From contig MU058198.1 in assembly GCA_013265495.1 (NCBI GenBank), positions 3,732,419-3,796,418 on the forward strand: DNA of 64,000 nt. The letters run 5' to 3'. The notes under the pieces were generated by a model. That model saw only the letters and a program-made list of their open reading frames with translations. It did not search any database and was not told the DNA's origin. Origin of the DNA: Vicugna vicugna (lineage: Eukaryota). Below, one piece after another: positions 40,595-54,870 of this stretch. Each line of letters starts with the position of its first letter. Position 1 is the stretch's first letter. Position numbers and translations under genes: made by a program.

Positions 40595-42592
40595 GTGAGT
40601 GAGAACTTGCGCTCTGCTTTTCCCCTGGGATAGATGGGTGGGTTGTTAGTTCCTTTGGGATTTTAACAGAAGAGGGATTTTGAACACCTTGCGCTTCTTC
40701 GGGAGAAATGCGTGGCCAGGGGCAAGGGGTGTTCTGCTGCGATGGGACTCTTCTTTCTCTCTCGACATCAGCTAAGAAATTGAAGCTTCAATTTTTGCCC
40801 CTGGCTTATAAGGAAAGGCCCTAGAGCTTCCTCGGGGCATGTCATTGCAGGTTTGGTTTATTCATTTGCCAGGGTTTTATTGAGAGCATACTATGTGGCA
40901 GGCCGGGAGAGTTTTTAGAAACTTGCTCAAGGTCAGAGAGATAGTGTGAGGCGGATCCCGAATTCTGACCCACATCTTCTCTGCTCATGTTTTCTGTCAG
41001 ACACCTCTCTCCCTCCTAGCTGCCCTCTTTCCAGGGAGACGAAGGATCCAGTTGCATTTCGGCTCTGCTCTGTGGCTCTGGGGATGGGGAGGCTGACTCT
41101 GGGTTTTTGGAAACTGTTTTTCCTGCTGAGTCCTTTCTGTCCCTGTCCGTCCACAAGGCAGCCGGGCTCTTCTTTTTATTACTGTTATTTTTTAAATTTT
41201 CTTTTTTACATACAAGAGTCTTTTATCGGTCACTTATGTGCCAGGTACGAACATTAGCCAAAACAAATCACTGTTTCCACTTAGAAGAGCCTGTTGTCTC
41301 TTCCCATAGTGGTGTTTCTCCCCCAGCTCTGCAGATCCACAATCACAAGTGAAGACAGCTTTACTTACTCTAGAGCTCGGCTCCAGCAACAAGCTGGTAT
41401 CTTTTAGTGTCAGGCACTGTCATTAAAACCCCAGCAGGCAACCTGCAGAAAAAAAGCGTGGCAGTTCTAAACCAAAAAGTTGATCCAATTCACCCATCTA
41501 CGTGGAAGTTGATAGCAACAGCTGGACCCAGGTCCTGAGATATTATAGGGAAGGCGAGTGGCAGCTGCAGGTGTGACGCTGACCTGTGCTGTCAGAGTCT
41601 CTCCGAGCTGCTCTTGCATGTGGTTGCAGACAGTCTTTTTAGAAAACGCGAATCTCACCCCGTTTCTTCCTGCTATTGGTGAACAGGAACGTGGCAAGTC
41701 ACAGGATCAGCCACGCTAACCTCTCCTAGGGAGTTTGCCAAGCTCTTCTGGTCCCTCTAGAAAGCCCCCGGGGCTCATCCAGGGCCCCATCCTGTCACTC
41801 CAGAGGCTTGCTGGCTCCTGTCCAGTTCAGCCATGCTCGTAGGGTTTGCTTTCTCATGCTTCCAGATCCTGCCATGGTTTTGTCTTGACACACCTCTCAT
41901 GCGTTGGCTCTTCTTTTCCTTCTAACATCTAATTGACCCCTGACACATTGTCAGAACACTTGACAGGGTTCCCCCGAAGCTCTGCCCAGCCTTTGCGGCA
42001 TAACCGGGCTTTCTGATTCTCTGCCAGTCTTTTTCCTTCCAGGCCTTCATGAAGAGCTTACACTTTAGCCAGATGCTGTTTCCAAGCCTGGCTGTGCCAG
42101 TCATTCGCTATATAGCTTGGCCAAGTTATTCCATGTCCTTAAGCTTCAGTTTCCTCATTGGCGGAACAGGGAGGTCATAATAGCACCTGCCTCATAGGAT
42201 TCATATTACAGTTTAGTCAGATAATAACCAAAAGTGATGCAAGGTCGATGGTAAGCCTTCAACAGATGTTAGCGAGCTATTATTGTTAAGATATTTTAAC
42301 TTGCTATAGTCTGAAACGATCATTCTCCAGCCAGCCCATCATATCCCATGGCGTCCACCCCACCAAGCAGTGTCTGCCCACCCCAATTTTGTCCTTAAAG
42401 CAGCCTCACAGCTCTGTAAACTCTGTTCATCCACCCAAACTCTCCTGCTTCCTTTTATGAGATGTGTGGCTGACCATCCATGGTGGGACATTAATGCCCT
42501 ACACCCAGTTCAATATTGTATTGAATTCTGAGAGTTGTCAAGCATATGGTGTCCTTGAATTTCTCCATTGCTTTTTTTTTTTTTAATTTCAG

Positions 42593-42655
42593 ATTTTACG
42601 CTGCGGAAATTGCCATCGGTCTGTTCTTCTTACAGAGCAAGGGCATCATTTACCG
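42593..42655 (+). CDS. PRKCB: PKC beta coding exon (exon 12 equivalent): (V)FYAAEIAIGLFFLQSKGIIY(R)
   Basis: 63 nt, phase 2/2; poly-T tract then ttcAG (42591-92), donor CG|GTAAGT; joins in frame with both neighbours. Confidence 0.97.
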
Positions 42656-45600
42656 GTAAGTGAGCCCTGCTGTCCTTCCCATCTCCTCCGCTCCCTCAGC
42701 TCCTCCCTTCCCTGCCTCTTTCTTTAACTGCTTTTAAAATTAGAATCCATGGTGGGGGAGGAATCCTCCAGTACTAACTTGGGCATGTGTTCTGCCAGGC
42801 AGCATCGCCCACTGCCCTGGCAAAGTTTGGGCAGCTCTGTATTGATGATAGAAGATCTTGATGTGGACTCTGTCTCCAGTGATGGTTCGGAGAGCCTCAA
42901 ACGTGAGACTGTTTTGTTCTAAAAGGAGGAGGCTCACCACTGGGGACCCAACACTTCTTGCCGGTAGACCCCACATCTGGGGAGCAAGCAAAGAATCTTG
43001 GCTGGCAGAATGTGCTGGATCAAATTATGAAACAAATTTCTTTCTCTTTCTCTCTTTTTTTTTTTTTTTTTTTGCTATGTAACTACAGTCAAGAAATGGA
43101 TCTCTGAGTAGCTTGCCCTGAAAGACAGGATTAAGTTCAGGACTTGGCATTTGCCCGTTTTTGGAGGAGCAAGTGTACGATCATAGCCGGATGAGTCATC
43201 CCATTTGCTATCTCATGCAAGGCAGACTCTTGAGCCCGAGGCTGCTATTTGTCAGTGAGTCCCGGGTGTGCGATTCTCCTCACACCACATGGATGCAGAT
43301 GGCACTACAGAGCAGGCTTGGGCTGGTTTGTTAGGTCAGAGGGGCTGGACTGGGGCAGGGGGCTTCCAAAGGGCGCCTGGTATGGGCGAGGGCCTATTGA
43401 ATAGGTCCTCAAAGTCATGAAAGTCCATTTCATTCATTCATTTGACAAACACTTAGCAGAAGCCTAGCACGTGCCTGGCCCCACTCCAGGTGGTGGGGAC
43501 ACAGCAAGAGGGAAACAGACAAAACACTGCCTTTGTAGAACTCATATCCTAGTGGTGGGAGACAGAGCTATAAATTGTAATAGTATCGTCTGGGGAGCGA
43601 TGAGGAGGACTATGGGGAGAGTCAAGATGAAGGGTGTGAGTGGTGGTGGGTTGCCTGTCATTCTGTCGAGAGTGTGAGATTGGGGTCTGAAGGATTAGCA
43701 AAGACCCTCAGAGCCTTGGTCTTCTTAAAGCAACTGAAGGATATGGGACTGAAAGCAGTAAAGAGACTATCCCTGGTGATCTCAAGGCAGAATGTGAAAG
43801 TGAGGCTGTGGGCGCTGGTGGGATGGAGGGATGGAGATGGGGGCCTTGCCAGCAGCCTGCAGAATCCTGCAGCTTTTTTTTTTTCACTCTTTGAAGTGGC
43901 AATCGAGTCCCCACTCTCCCTGTGTGCTTTTCATAATGGAGGAATGAAGGTCAGGGAGAGAGGTGGCTTTTACCTGGCACAACGGTGATCTCGGTGGAGA
44001 AACAGAAACAGAGAGAAGAAGAAGAAGAATTTAAATGGCGAGTAGTGTGGTCATTCTGCCCATGCTTGCCCTCAGTGAACGGGTGTCACCGTGTGTGCAT
44101 GAGACGACCTGAATGTAATTCAGGTGTTGAAAGGTACACGTCTTCCGTATGACATGACCCCTAGACTCAAGCCAGTGACTTCAGCTGGTGCTTCACTGAA
44201 GAACCAGGGATCATGGGTCATTGTTCACCGTACATGGTTTGCACCTTCTCTGCTGACATTAGAACCTAATTCCTATACAGGATGGCCTCCACCAGAACAG
44301 AATCAGGCACGCAGGCATTGCTGAGAAGGTGAAACAGGGAACTGCAAGTTTATTGGAAGAAAATCCAGTCACAGGGGAGGACCCAGGAGAGGACATGATT
44401 AGAGTTCTTGCCAGCAGGGTTGGGATTTGAGGCAGGGTTTCCAGTCGAGCAGGTACCTGGATTGGGATCTGGGAGCCATTGGTCCAGGTCGCAAAATCCA
44501 AAGATTAGCATTCTAGGTACTAAGATCATGTCTAAAGGCAAAGCTTTTTCTCCTAACTACATACTCTCCCTTTCTTCCTCCATTATTTATATTTTTAGGA
44601 GGATGTTTTTCTCTCTTTTAAGCTACTCAGCATCTGAGCCCCTTTCATCTGTGTGTAGGAACAGAGTGCACATCTTCCTAAAAGATTAAACACGCCAGAT
44701 ACATTCACAGCCTCCCCGGAGGAAGAGCAGACGCACAACTCAGGCTCTGATGCTCATCACACTCACCGAAGACCTTGAGTCAGAAGTTAGTGACCCAGAA
44801 AGCAGAGACTGTAGCTTCCAGAGGGGCCCCAGTCATCAGCTGTATCTACTTTCCAGAGGCGTGAGGGGACATGGTTCTTAGGAGCAACATCCAGAGCCCT
44901 GCACTAGGGTTTCATGTAACAAGGGACAGTGTCTGTACCCAGTAGTGACGTCCGTGGCATCCTTGCTGGGGCATCTCTGAGTTGCAGTTAGGCATTATTC
45001 CTGGCTCTGTAGCCTCCAAATCTGGTTCTCCAGCCTTTTTGGAAATTCCATGAGCTCCCCAATTCCCTTTAATGAATTCCCTTTTCGATTGGAATAGTCA
45101 GAATGGGTTTTTGTTGCTCACAGTCAGGAACTTTGGTTGAGACAGTATTTGCAATTGATAATCAAATGAAAACTGTAAACAAAAATGTACATGACAGAAG
45201 ATGTATGGTTTATAATTTCATAGAGATTGCCTTCATGGTGGTAAAGTCTTTTTAAATGTGACAAATGCCCCCTCCCTCCTTCATTTAGATCTCTAGTTAT
45301 TTGGACAGTTCATAAGTCAAGAAGAGGAGGAACCATGTTAGACTTGCCTTCTCTGAGGACCATGGCTGGAGATGCTGGGTTGGGAGGAAGACAAAAGATC
45401 CTTCCCAGCTTAGTTTCTGACTTGTAGTTCGCCATCTCTGGAATGTGTGTTGATTTTGCCCTTGATGGAGCTGTGGACGTGAAAACATCTGCCCAGGCCC
45501 CCTTTTAAAGCAGAAAAGAGGATTTATTACATCCAACAAAATAATGGAGTGGACTATGAAAACACTGTTATGTGACAGTGAATATGATTGGGGCGTCCTC

Positions 45601-45964
45601 CAGTCCCGTGACCTGGTGGCTCTTAGCACCTGAAGCTCCTTTTCTATAATAGATGAAGATGTCATTACTGCTGTGGTTACCCTGGCTGCCTATTTCAGGA
45701 CATGTGGTCAAGCTGAGGGGAATGTCATGGGTCTCCATTCATCAAATCACACATAGGTCTGTTATGTTTAGGTGAAGCAAGTTGCTGCAAAGTCCAGTTT
45801 TTCTAAGTTCCAAGCTGGCCTTCAGAGACCACTGTGGCTTATAGATAAGCATGGAGGCTGGCTGTGGGTAGCACCACGGACAGCACCAGAGATCCTGCAG
45901 TGTTGCTGTTGGTAAACAGTAGGATGCAAGTGACCTCAGAGACACAGATAGGAGATGCCAGGAT

Positions 45965-46520
45965 ATATTTTCAGGTTGTATTCTTTTAGTTGAAAATGAT
46001 GACGGCAACTCGGTTCAAACTAATTCATGTTAAAAGAGGCATTTTCTGGCTGCCATAACAGAGAAGTCCAGGAGGCAGGCCTCAGACCTGGATGTATCTA
46101 GGGGCTCAAATGGTGTTATGAGCATTTACTTTATTATCTCCCCCTGTAGCTTTCTTCTCTCCATCTGCTGACCCCAGCACTTCCAGACTTACTTTCTACC
46201 ACCTGAGCAATCCCAATGTAAAAAGAGCTCCTCTCTTTCCTGATGGTACCAATGAAAATGCCAGGTCTGATGCTGATGTTCAGTGGCTTCGATTAGCTCA
46301 TCCTGGGTTACGTGGCCATTCCTGAACCAATCACTGTGACCAGCAGGATGGGATATTTCCACTGGCCAGGACCGACCCACGTGATCACTCCTGGAACCAG
46401 AAGTTCGAATCAGCACCCCCAACCTTATAAGGCTTGAGGATCTGGGAAGGTGGTTTTTCAAAGGAATATTAGGATGCTCTTGATGCTGGAATAGGCAGAA
46501 ACCACAGACGTCCATCACCC
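45965..46520 (-). mobile_element. Old MLT1 (K/L-like) LTR
   Basis: cataacagagaagtccaggaggcagg...ggatgtatctaggggctcaaatggtgt...gggttacgtggccattcctgaaccaatcactgtgaccagcaggatgg. Confidence 0.6.
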
Positions 46521-47536
46521 GGTGGAGATGATTTAAGGGGGACATCTGAATTGAACAGTAGATTCCCTTACCTTTGAGGAAGCTGGACTTCTAATGGGAC
46601 TGAGGAGGTCTGGCCCATAGATTGTGCCTACTTGCTGATGCTGAAACACCAAGTGATAACACTGGAGCCAGTGTTTAGGAAGGAGGCGAGTATGATGATA
46701 TTGGAGTCATCCAGTATGCTGGGAATGTGCAGGGGTTCCCCCAAAACATCAAGCTCTCCTCATCAACACAGATGAAATTAAAGAATGGGAGTGTAGTACG
46801 TGTCATTTAGGACATCACTCCGTGGAGGTGACACCTGCCTGACACTCTTTATAGAAACCTCCCCCAGTGACTGTCTCATCATTCTTTTTATTTTCTTTGT
46901 ACCACCCATCAGAAGCCATAATAACATGCTTCTAGATTTGAATCCTTGTTAATTGTCTTTTTCACTCTCCTAGAATTTAATCTGAACAGGAGCCAGATGT
47001 TTGTCTATCTTGCTCATAGTACAAACCTCACTCTAGCATAGCGCCTGTCCCATAGTAGGCACGCAAGAAATATTTTTTGATTGAAAGAATCAGGGGAAAC
47101 TCATGGGTCATGTTGTAGGAACTGACTTAGGAGAGCCTGGAGCACTGGGTGTTGGGTAAGATGCTCTCAATCAGTTTTTCCCTCCATGTTCTTCAAAATA
47201 ATAATTTTGTGTTAAAAAAGATCTTCCTGTGCCAGGGGTCCTGAAGTGCCAAAGTCAACTCTGGAGATGCTCGTGGATACAGGGTGCGCTGCCCTTTATT
47301 TAGCTGTCTGTGGATCTCTTCTCAGAGCTGCTGTCCCACTGTGTCCTCCTGAGACACTTGGCACAGTTAGCCCTGTAGGAAAAAAAAAAGCACAGAAACT
47401 TGTGGACCCTTGCATGTCCTGCCAGACTGTAACCTACTGGAAGGCAAGGTCTGGACTGTACTCACTTCTGTGCCCCCCAAAACTCCTGGTACAGTGTTTT
47501 GCACATAACGAGTGGCTGCCGGTTGACTTGAAATAA

Positions 47537-47863
<327 letters not shown>

Positions 47864-48439
47864 TAAATCATTCCTCTGAGATCACACATGCAAATTAGCT
47901 TAGCACACATCCAGAAGCTCAGGCCCAAAATACATCAAGGTTTGGGAGAAAATTTAAATAAGAATCAAAAGAACCATCCACCACACATCAGTAAATGTGT
48001 GGCCATATGATACCTCCTAATTATGACACTGAAATGTTTGTTGAGAGGAGAGAGAGAAAGAGAGAGGTTCCCTGGACCAGCATATAACACAAGATCTGTG
48101 TACTAATAGGTATGCAATAGTTGTGCTGAATCCTAAAAGACTCAAGAGTTTTTCTTCTGATGATTAAGATATAAAGTGGAAAGATTTATTTTAGTGCCTC
48201 CCCCTCCCTTCCCAAAGGAAGCGGTCAGTTGCAGAATGGATTTCCCCAATATGTCATGGTACCAAAATTTGTACCAGATGATAGCCTTCCTTCTGCTATG
48301 AATCGGTGCTCAGGAAGGTGGCATTCTGCAAGCTGTTACTGGGTTTTTATGGAAAGGAACAGAGAGCTTAGCATAGAGTCTTAGAAATGGACCTTCTAGA
48401 AGTCTTCTTTTCTTAACTTGATATGTAACAGTGGTGAAG

Positions 48440-49120
48440 GGAGGCCCCACGTCACTAAATAATTTGGCGCTACATTTAAAACCCGCATACTCTGTTACCA
48501 AAGCTGTTCTTCTAGGAACCTACTTTGCTACACACACACGAGCAAAGACATGTGATCAAAGTCCTTTCTTCATCGCTGCACTTTTTTTAATCATGAAAAA
48601 TAAGAGACAGCCTCAGTGACTATCAATAAAGGAACGGCTGGCTAAAATACACTACGTTTCATATTAAGAAATACTATGCAGACCTTGCAAAGATCAGAAC
48701 ACACCTGTATATGCTAACTTGAACAGTGTCTGCCAGTCAAGGGATGGGCTGAGTGGACTGAATGATCCATAGTATGAATGCTGCAAGGCATCATTTCAAA
48801 AAGCGAGTTAGATGTCTATGCAGATATGGAGAGATCTATGAGACATTGTTGGGAGAAAAAAAATGTCAAGGTACAGAATGATAAATGCAGTATGATACAG
48901 TTTACAAAAAATAAAAACAATATGCAGAACACTGCTTTATGTTTCTTATGAGTATGTAGACATGCACGCATAAGCATAGAAAATCTGAAGATGACAGACT
49001 GATTTTGCAACACTGGTGACCTCTGAGGATGAGGCCATCGTTAAGGGAAATTTAAGCTCAATCCTATTTACCGTCTTCACAAGGTAAATGTATGTGTGTT
49101 TTACTTGAGGAATTGACAAG
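48440..49120 (+). mobile_element. Old L1ME-like fragment
   Basis: ttcatcgctgcacttttttaatcatgaaaaa...gaaatactatgcagacctt...gatatggagagatctatgagacattgttgggagaaaaaaa. Confidence 0.55.
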
Positions 49121-49799
49121 TAATCCGTTAAACAAGTAATCCTTTATTAGGGCCCAGTGGCGTTTTCCCTACGTGGCCCGCACTGGTCTATTATCACTTT
49201 GTTAATTAGCTAGGACCTCAGACACAATTCTTTGATCTGCCCTGAGTTCAGTAATCTCTGATTCGTGTCCTTTACAGTCACCTGGAGGGGGGGCTTTTCA
49301 AATGGGGGTGCCCAGGCGTCACCGTAGATCAATGGAATCGGAGCCTCTGCAGGGTGGACCCCCACATCTGGGGTTTTCAGAAGTTGTGTAACTGGGGGAG
49401 TTGCACCCACAGCCCACAGCCCGCTGATGGGAGGAGTAAAGTGCAGGTCAGGTTATCCCCCTGCTTTGCCGTTAACTAACTCCATCGCCGCTGGCAACTC
49501 CTTTCACCTCCCAGGCTCTGGTTCCCTTTGTAAAAGGATTAACTTGTTAGGTTGTCATGAGGGTCGAAGAAGGCACGAAGTACTTTAAAAGTGTGAAAAC
49601 ACCCTCCATGAGTGTCCTCCCAGAAAGCTTTCCCTCTGTCTCTTGCAGCCAGTTTTCAGAGGGGCTTTTCTGATTTCAGGATGGGAGCCAAGGTGGGAGG
49701 TGGGAGACGGGGCTGGATGAACGGAGAGTTTCTTCATAGCCAGGCTTGCCCAGACACATTTGCTGAGTGAAACAAGCCATCACTCAGTTAGAGAACTTC

Positions 49800-50030
49800 T
49801 GGTAATGGCTGACATTTTTCTGAGGATACGGTATGTGAGAGGCATGTATGTCTCTCATCCTCACAAGATCCTGTGACATGGGTATTACTATAAACTCCGT
49901 TTCGTAGGTGAGGAAGCTGAGACTTAGAGACGTTAAATGACTTCCCTCAAGGTCATGCACTGGGGAGGAGCAGTCAGTGTTCCAAGTCTGGACTGTCTGA
50001 CCCCCAGTCCTCAGCGCTTAACCTTTGCCC
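49800..50030 (-). mobile_element. MIR SINE
   Basis: atcctcacaagatcctgtgacatgggtattacta...gtgaggaagctgagacttagagacgttaaatgacttccctcaaggtcatgc. Confidence 0.7.
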
Positions 50031-50263
50031 TACCACCTTTTAGTCCCTTTGGTACAGTTAGTTCTCACCCGTCCAACCTGATGGATGGTCATTCAGCTGT
50101 CTAGACTCTGCCACGCTCTGGCAATTTGGTAAGAAGTATCAAAACCCTTAAAACTATAATACAGCGTTTGATTCACCAATTCTACTTCTCGGAATTTTCC
50201 TTAAGGAACAAAAAATCGAATTACAAGAGTAGATATGTTGGAGCATCAGAAGAAACCTAATCA

Positions 50264-50439
50264 TGTAGAGCACAGGGAACTATGTTCAATATCTTGTAAT
50301 AGCCTTTAATGGAAAAGAATATGAAGATGCATATATGTATATATATGCATGATTGGGGTGTTATGCTGTGCACCAGAAGTTGACACATTGTAACTGACTA
50401 TACTGCAATTAAAAAAATTTTTTAAATAAATTAATTAAA
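50264..50439 (+). mobile_element. 5'-truncated L1 3' end with degenerate 16-bp TSD, inside an older L1M fragment
   Basis: tgtagagcacagggaactatgttcaatatcttgtaata...tgactatactgcaattaaaaaaa; AGAAGAAACCTAATCA (50248-63) vs AGAAGAAATCTGATCA (50440-55), 14/16 identical. Confidence 0.83.
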
Positions 50440-51343
50440 AGAAGAAATCTGATCAGTTGGGAACTGATGAGATAGGTTTTGGTATATCCATCCAACGTAC
50501 AGTTATGCCTTGGAGGTAAAAGCTGATCGTGTTGAGGTACCAGTATCAGCCTGGAAATTTTAAATGAATAAAATACTTTATTAAAGTTCCACATGTTAAA
50601 AAAAATTCGACGTATCAAAGTATTTATGTAAAACACATATGTGCACAGTTTCATATATATTAATAGAAAAGAATCTAGAAGGAAATAGACCAAATATCAA
50701 TCATAATTTTTCTCTTGATAAAGGATTATGGGTGGTTTTAATTGCATTCTCCCAGCTTCTCTATATTTTTTAGTGAATAGTAAAACAGTAAAAAGTGGTA
50801 TTACCCTTTTTAACTTAAAAATTTTTAACTGTGGCCAAAAAAAAAAAAAAAACCACATTACCATCTTAGCCATTTCTAAGCATACAGTTCGGTTGTGTTA
50901 AGTATATTCACATTGTTGTGTAAATGTTGCTACTTTTGTAATGAGAAACAAAGATGGTTTTTCTTCTTTCAAATGCGACACTCACTGTCTTAAAATTAAA
51001 AATAACAAACAGTGCTAATTGCTCTGAAAAGGCAATGTGACATCCACAGATGCTTCCCCTCCGCCTGCAGGTATCTCTGCAAAGGATCCATTGTCCTAAA
51101 GTAAAGAAACCTGTCTTAGGTGGACACTGGGCTCCCCATTCGCTCTTTTAGACAGCAACCCACATCTGGAACTGTGACAGCCAATTTAATCTTTCACAAT
51201 AGACAGGCGACAGGCAAAGGAAGAAATCCCCTGCCCCCCTACCCCCCCGCCGCCCTTCCCCTGCCCCCAGCGATGCTCTGCTCTTACTGTAAAAGAAGCG
51301 TGTTCAGTCTCCAGCCGCTGCAGGAACCTGCAGGTCTCCCTAA

Positions 51344-51457
<114 letters not shown>

Positions 51458-51714
51458 TAAGTGATCTGTAAAGGAAAGCCCCCCTCCACCCCATCCTCAT
51501 GGTTTCTTTAGGAGAAAGCTGATCCGTCTGAACCTCCATGACCCATAACCTAGGGGTTACCCTAGTCTGCTGATCATTTTCCTCATCTTGTCCCTGGAAG
51601 CCCTGAGTGTGGCCTCACTGTGGATCCCAGGGAGTGGGGCACATTGCTTCGAGGCATTTGGGGGAGGTTGGGGGCAGGAATCCTTCCTCTCCCACCCTGT
51701 CTTCTGTCCCACAG

Positions 51715-51822
51715 GCACCCTTTGAAGGGGAGGATGAGGATGAACTTTTCCAGTCCATCATGGAACACAATGTGGCTTATCCAAAGTCCATGTCCAAGGA
51801 AGCTGTGGCCATCTGCAAAGGG
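51715..51822 (+). CDS. PRKCB: PKC beta coding exon (exon 15 equivalent): APFEGEDEDELFQSIMEHNVAYPKSMSKEAVAICKG
   Basis: 108 nt, phase 0/0; acceptor cttctgtcccacAG, donor GGG|GTGAGT. Confidence 0.98.
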
Positions 51823-54243
51823 GTGAGTCAGTCCCATAAAGCTTGCAGCCAGGACCACCATGTACAGGGGTGCAGGTTGTGCACTGCACAAGGATACTTC
51901 ACTCGGGGAGGCTGGGGTGACAGAACCTGAACTCCAACCCTCACCCCACTTGCCAGCCCGCAAGCCTGGTATAGACCTGTTACCTCCCAGAGGAAAGAGA
52001 GCTTTTTTTCCAGTTTTCACAGAAGCACCGCAGAGGCCTGCCTGCAGCAGCATCTTACTTTGGCTGGGCTCCAGGCTCGAGGCCAGCACAGGGGAATGCT
52101 TATGGAATGAATGAGGTAGGCAGCACAGAGACATTGCCAAAGAGCTGGAACCCGTGGAAAGGAACACTGGAGGTCTGTGGCTCGAATCTGTGAGCTTCAC
52201 GCTGTGCTGGGGCTTGTGTATTTAGTTAATATTAAAAGCGTCTAGCTTTTGTTCTAAGAAAATATCAAGCAGTATTGAGTTTAAGGGATTCCCAAACCCG
52301 TATCCTCCCTGCAAAATGGCTGAAAAGCTTGCACATTTGTACATTCAAGGCATGCAAATTGCACCTGTGCAGGAAGCAAGACACATGTTTTTGAGTGAGG
52401 ATCAATTGTTATGCATCTTATGTTAGGTGAGGATGTGTCACAGTGACCTGGGGAGTCCCTGGAGACCAGTGGTCCTCCCCTTTGGTGCCCTCGGGGCTTT
52501 TTCAGAGGGCACACACCTCAGCCTCACCCTAGAGATTAAATCTGAGCATCTTTGTTGTGAAAAAGCCCCATGTGACTTGAAAATCACTATCTTTAAATAT
52601 ATTATCCAAATGTGGTCACTTTGCAACTCTGATGAAAGTGTGAGAGCCATGCTGTGAGACCCCCCGCCACCAGTGAGCATGGCCCAGGAATGCTGCTTTT
52701 ATAAAGTTTTCTCTCCCACCAGTCAGTGGTGCAGGTGCATTCTCAAGGTCAGAGCATGTGTGTCTGAATGAACCAAGGCTGCCAGTCCTAGATCCTTGGG
52801 GTGTTGGCAGATTTCCCATTGCCCAACCCAGCCCTGCCCTCCCTGACCCATCAGATGCCGTGTGAGCTGGCTTGGGTGAAGGAGAGCTGAAAACTCAGGC
52901 GGTTTATAACAGCTGGGCCAACCTCTCAGTCTGGAAGTGCCTTGTCACGCCACCTAAATTTCCACTCTCAGTGAATCACCTAAGCTTTGTGTTTTTCAGC
53001 TGCATAGGTTAGGATGCAAATATCCCTGGGGAAAACATGGGGAAATTCATCTCAGTTCCTAACATCTTGAGATGTATTGGTTGAAAATATTTTTTGAGGG
53101 TAAGGGGCAGAGAGAGGGAAAAAGAAACAGTGTGGAGGCCCAGAGGTTCGTTAGGACCTTAAGCAAGGCTCTTGGGGAAAAAGGAGGACATCGAACAAGG
53201 CCAGGGAAAACCCCTGTAGACATTATATGGGGGTGAAGGGAGAGAGAGGTCATACACTGAGCGTTTAGTGTGGTTAAGAATTGCCAGCATTTAAGGATCA
53301 AGGGATTTCCCATAAACATTCAGCTTTCCAGTTTCTCTTGAAAAATCTGATCTCACCCTGCTGGTCTGTCCTTCCTGCAAAGCATCAATCAGCTAGATTG
53401 GAAGCCCGGGTCACCAGTTTGCAAAAATCCCCATCTGTGTTCAAATCTTGGCATTATTAGCCCTCTGGCGACCGGGAAGTTGTTCACCCTCATCTGCAGA
53501 CTGGGGGTAGGGGGGCACACGTGGAGGACTGCATATAGGGTTCTCTGATGCTTAGATAAGCTAATACAAGGATATCACTTAGAACAGAGCCTGGCGCTCT
53601 GCTCCAAAACCCTTGGGTTATTACTACTACTGTTAGTAATGCTGGCACCACTATGTTACAGGCTAGCCTCCTCTTGGTATTTAAGCTTGCGTCCCTTGAG
53701 ATGGGGAATTTTTTAAGTGGGGGATTTTGGAGATCCGTATCGTTTGCAATTTCAACTTTCTTCTTCCTAGGTGCATGGCCTTGAGCAAGTTACTTGCATC
53801 TCCAGGCTTCTGTTTATCTCTAAAAATGGAATAATAGTCCTCATTGAACAGCGTTTTGTAGAGCGTTCAATGGGGTAACAGAAGAGAAGGCTCCTTGCGT
53901 GGTGTTGGCGCATAGTAGGTGCTCGATACATGCTCAAGACCCTCCCCTTCACAGCTCTGCCTGCCTAGACAGCTGGGGTTCTAAGTGGGTCATGGAGGAG
54001 AGGGTTTTCCAGGTCAGCTGCATTCAGCTTCAGCTCCAATTAGCAGTTTCCCTGGTAGAGCAGATTTCTATTAATTTCGGACCCATAACCTTCAGGATTA
54101 ACGAGGGTGACTTTCTTCCTGTTGGGTTTGGGGATCTTTCTGAATTGAGCCGGCTGGGGCCAGTGTGGTCTTCATCTTCAAGGTTGATGCTCCAGCGAAG
54201 GGGTGATGCTCAAGTGAACAGCCAAATGCTTCCTCCTGAACTG

Positions 54244-54262
54244 TGGGCCCCAGGGGGCGCGT
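54244..54262 (+). promoter_or_regulatory. Candidate CTCF site
   Basis: TGGGCCCCAGGGGGCGCGT vs consensus TGGCCACCAGGGGGCGCTA, 15/19 with an intact core; motif match only. Confidence 0.4.
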
Positions 54263-54639
54263 GTGGGAGGCGCTCAGAGATCGGAACAGTGATTAAATCC
54301 AGCTGTCTGCATGGCTTCAGGCACAGGAGCCCAGAGCGCAGGAGCTGGGCAGAGCCTCGCATTAGTGCTGGGGGTTTCTGTGGTGGCTTTTCTTCGCTCA
54401 GCATCCTCCTGCTTATGCGGAAAGTGAGCTAGGATTTTTTTTTTTTTAAACAGTCCCGTTCCGATCAAAAATGTTCTTATATTATCCATTCCATTAAAGA
54501 CGCTATTTTCCACCATTAAAAAAAATTAGTGTAACTTAGCGCAAATTGCTACTCCCACTTAGAACAAACTTAAAGCAGACAGATGCCCAAATTGGCCACC
54601 CATTAGGGTGAAAACAAGGAGAAACTGTGTAAGACGGAG

Positions 54640-54870
54640 CTGTAGGACTCTGGGTCAGGCTGATCCGTTCAAAGCTTGGCTCTGCTACTCAGCTGTGTGA
54701 TCTTGGGTGGAGGACAACTTCTCTGGACCCAGCTTCTTTATCTGGAAAATGAGGATAAGAGTTTCTGAGGCCTCTGAGTGTTGGCTGTGAAGATGAAAGA
54801 GGAATAGGAAATGGCTGGGGAGCCTTTGGCACAGAGTCTGGGCACGTAGGAAGCGCTCAGGACGCAGAAG
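54640..54870 (+). mobile_element. MIR SINE
   Basis: ggactctgggtcaggctgatccgttcaaagcttggctctgctactcagctgtgtgatcttgg...tctggaaaatgaggataa. Confidence 0.7.

Noticed and set aside
51583..52200. 205-aa minus-strand ORF, the longest in the track
   Set aside because: Antisense shadow over exon 15 and GC-rich intron; no recognisable domain or splice support
53899..54432. 177-aa ORF (similarly 24216-24719, 56762-57283, 2633-3073)
   Set aside because: Intronic, partly repeat-derived, no recognisable protein similarity; lengths plausible by chance
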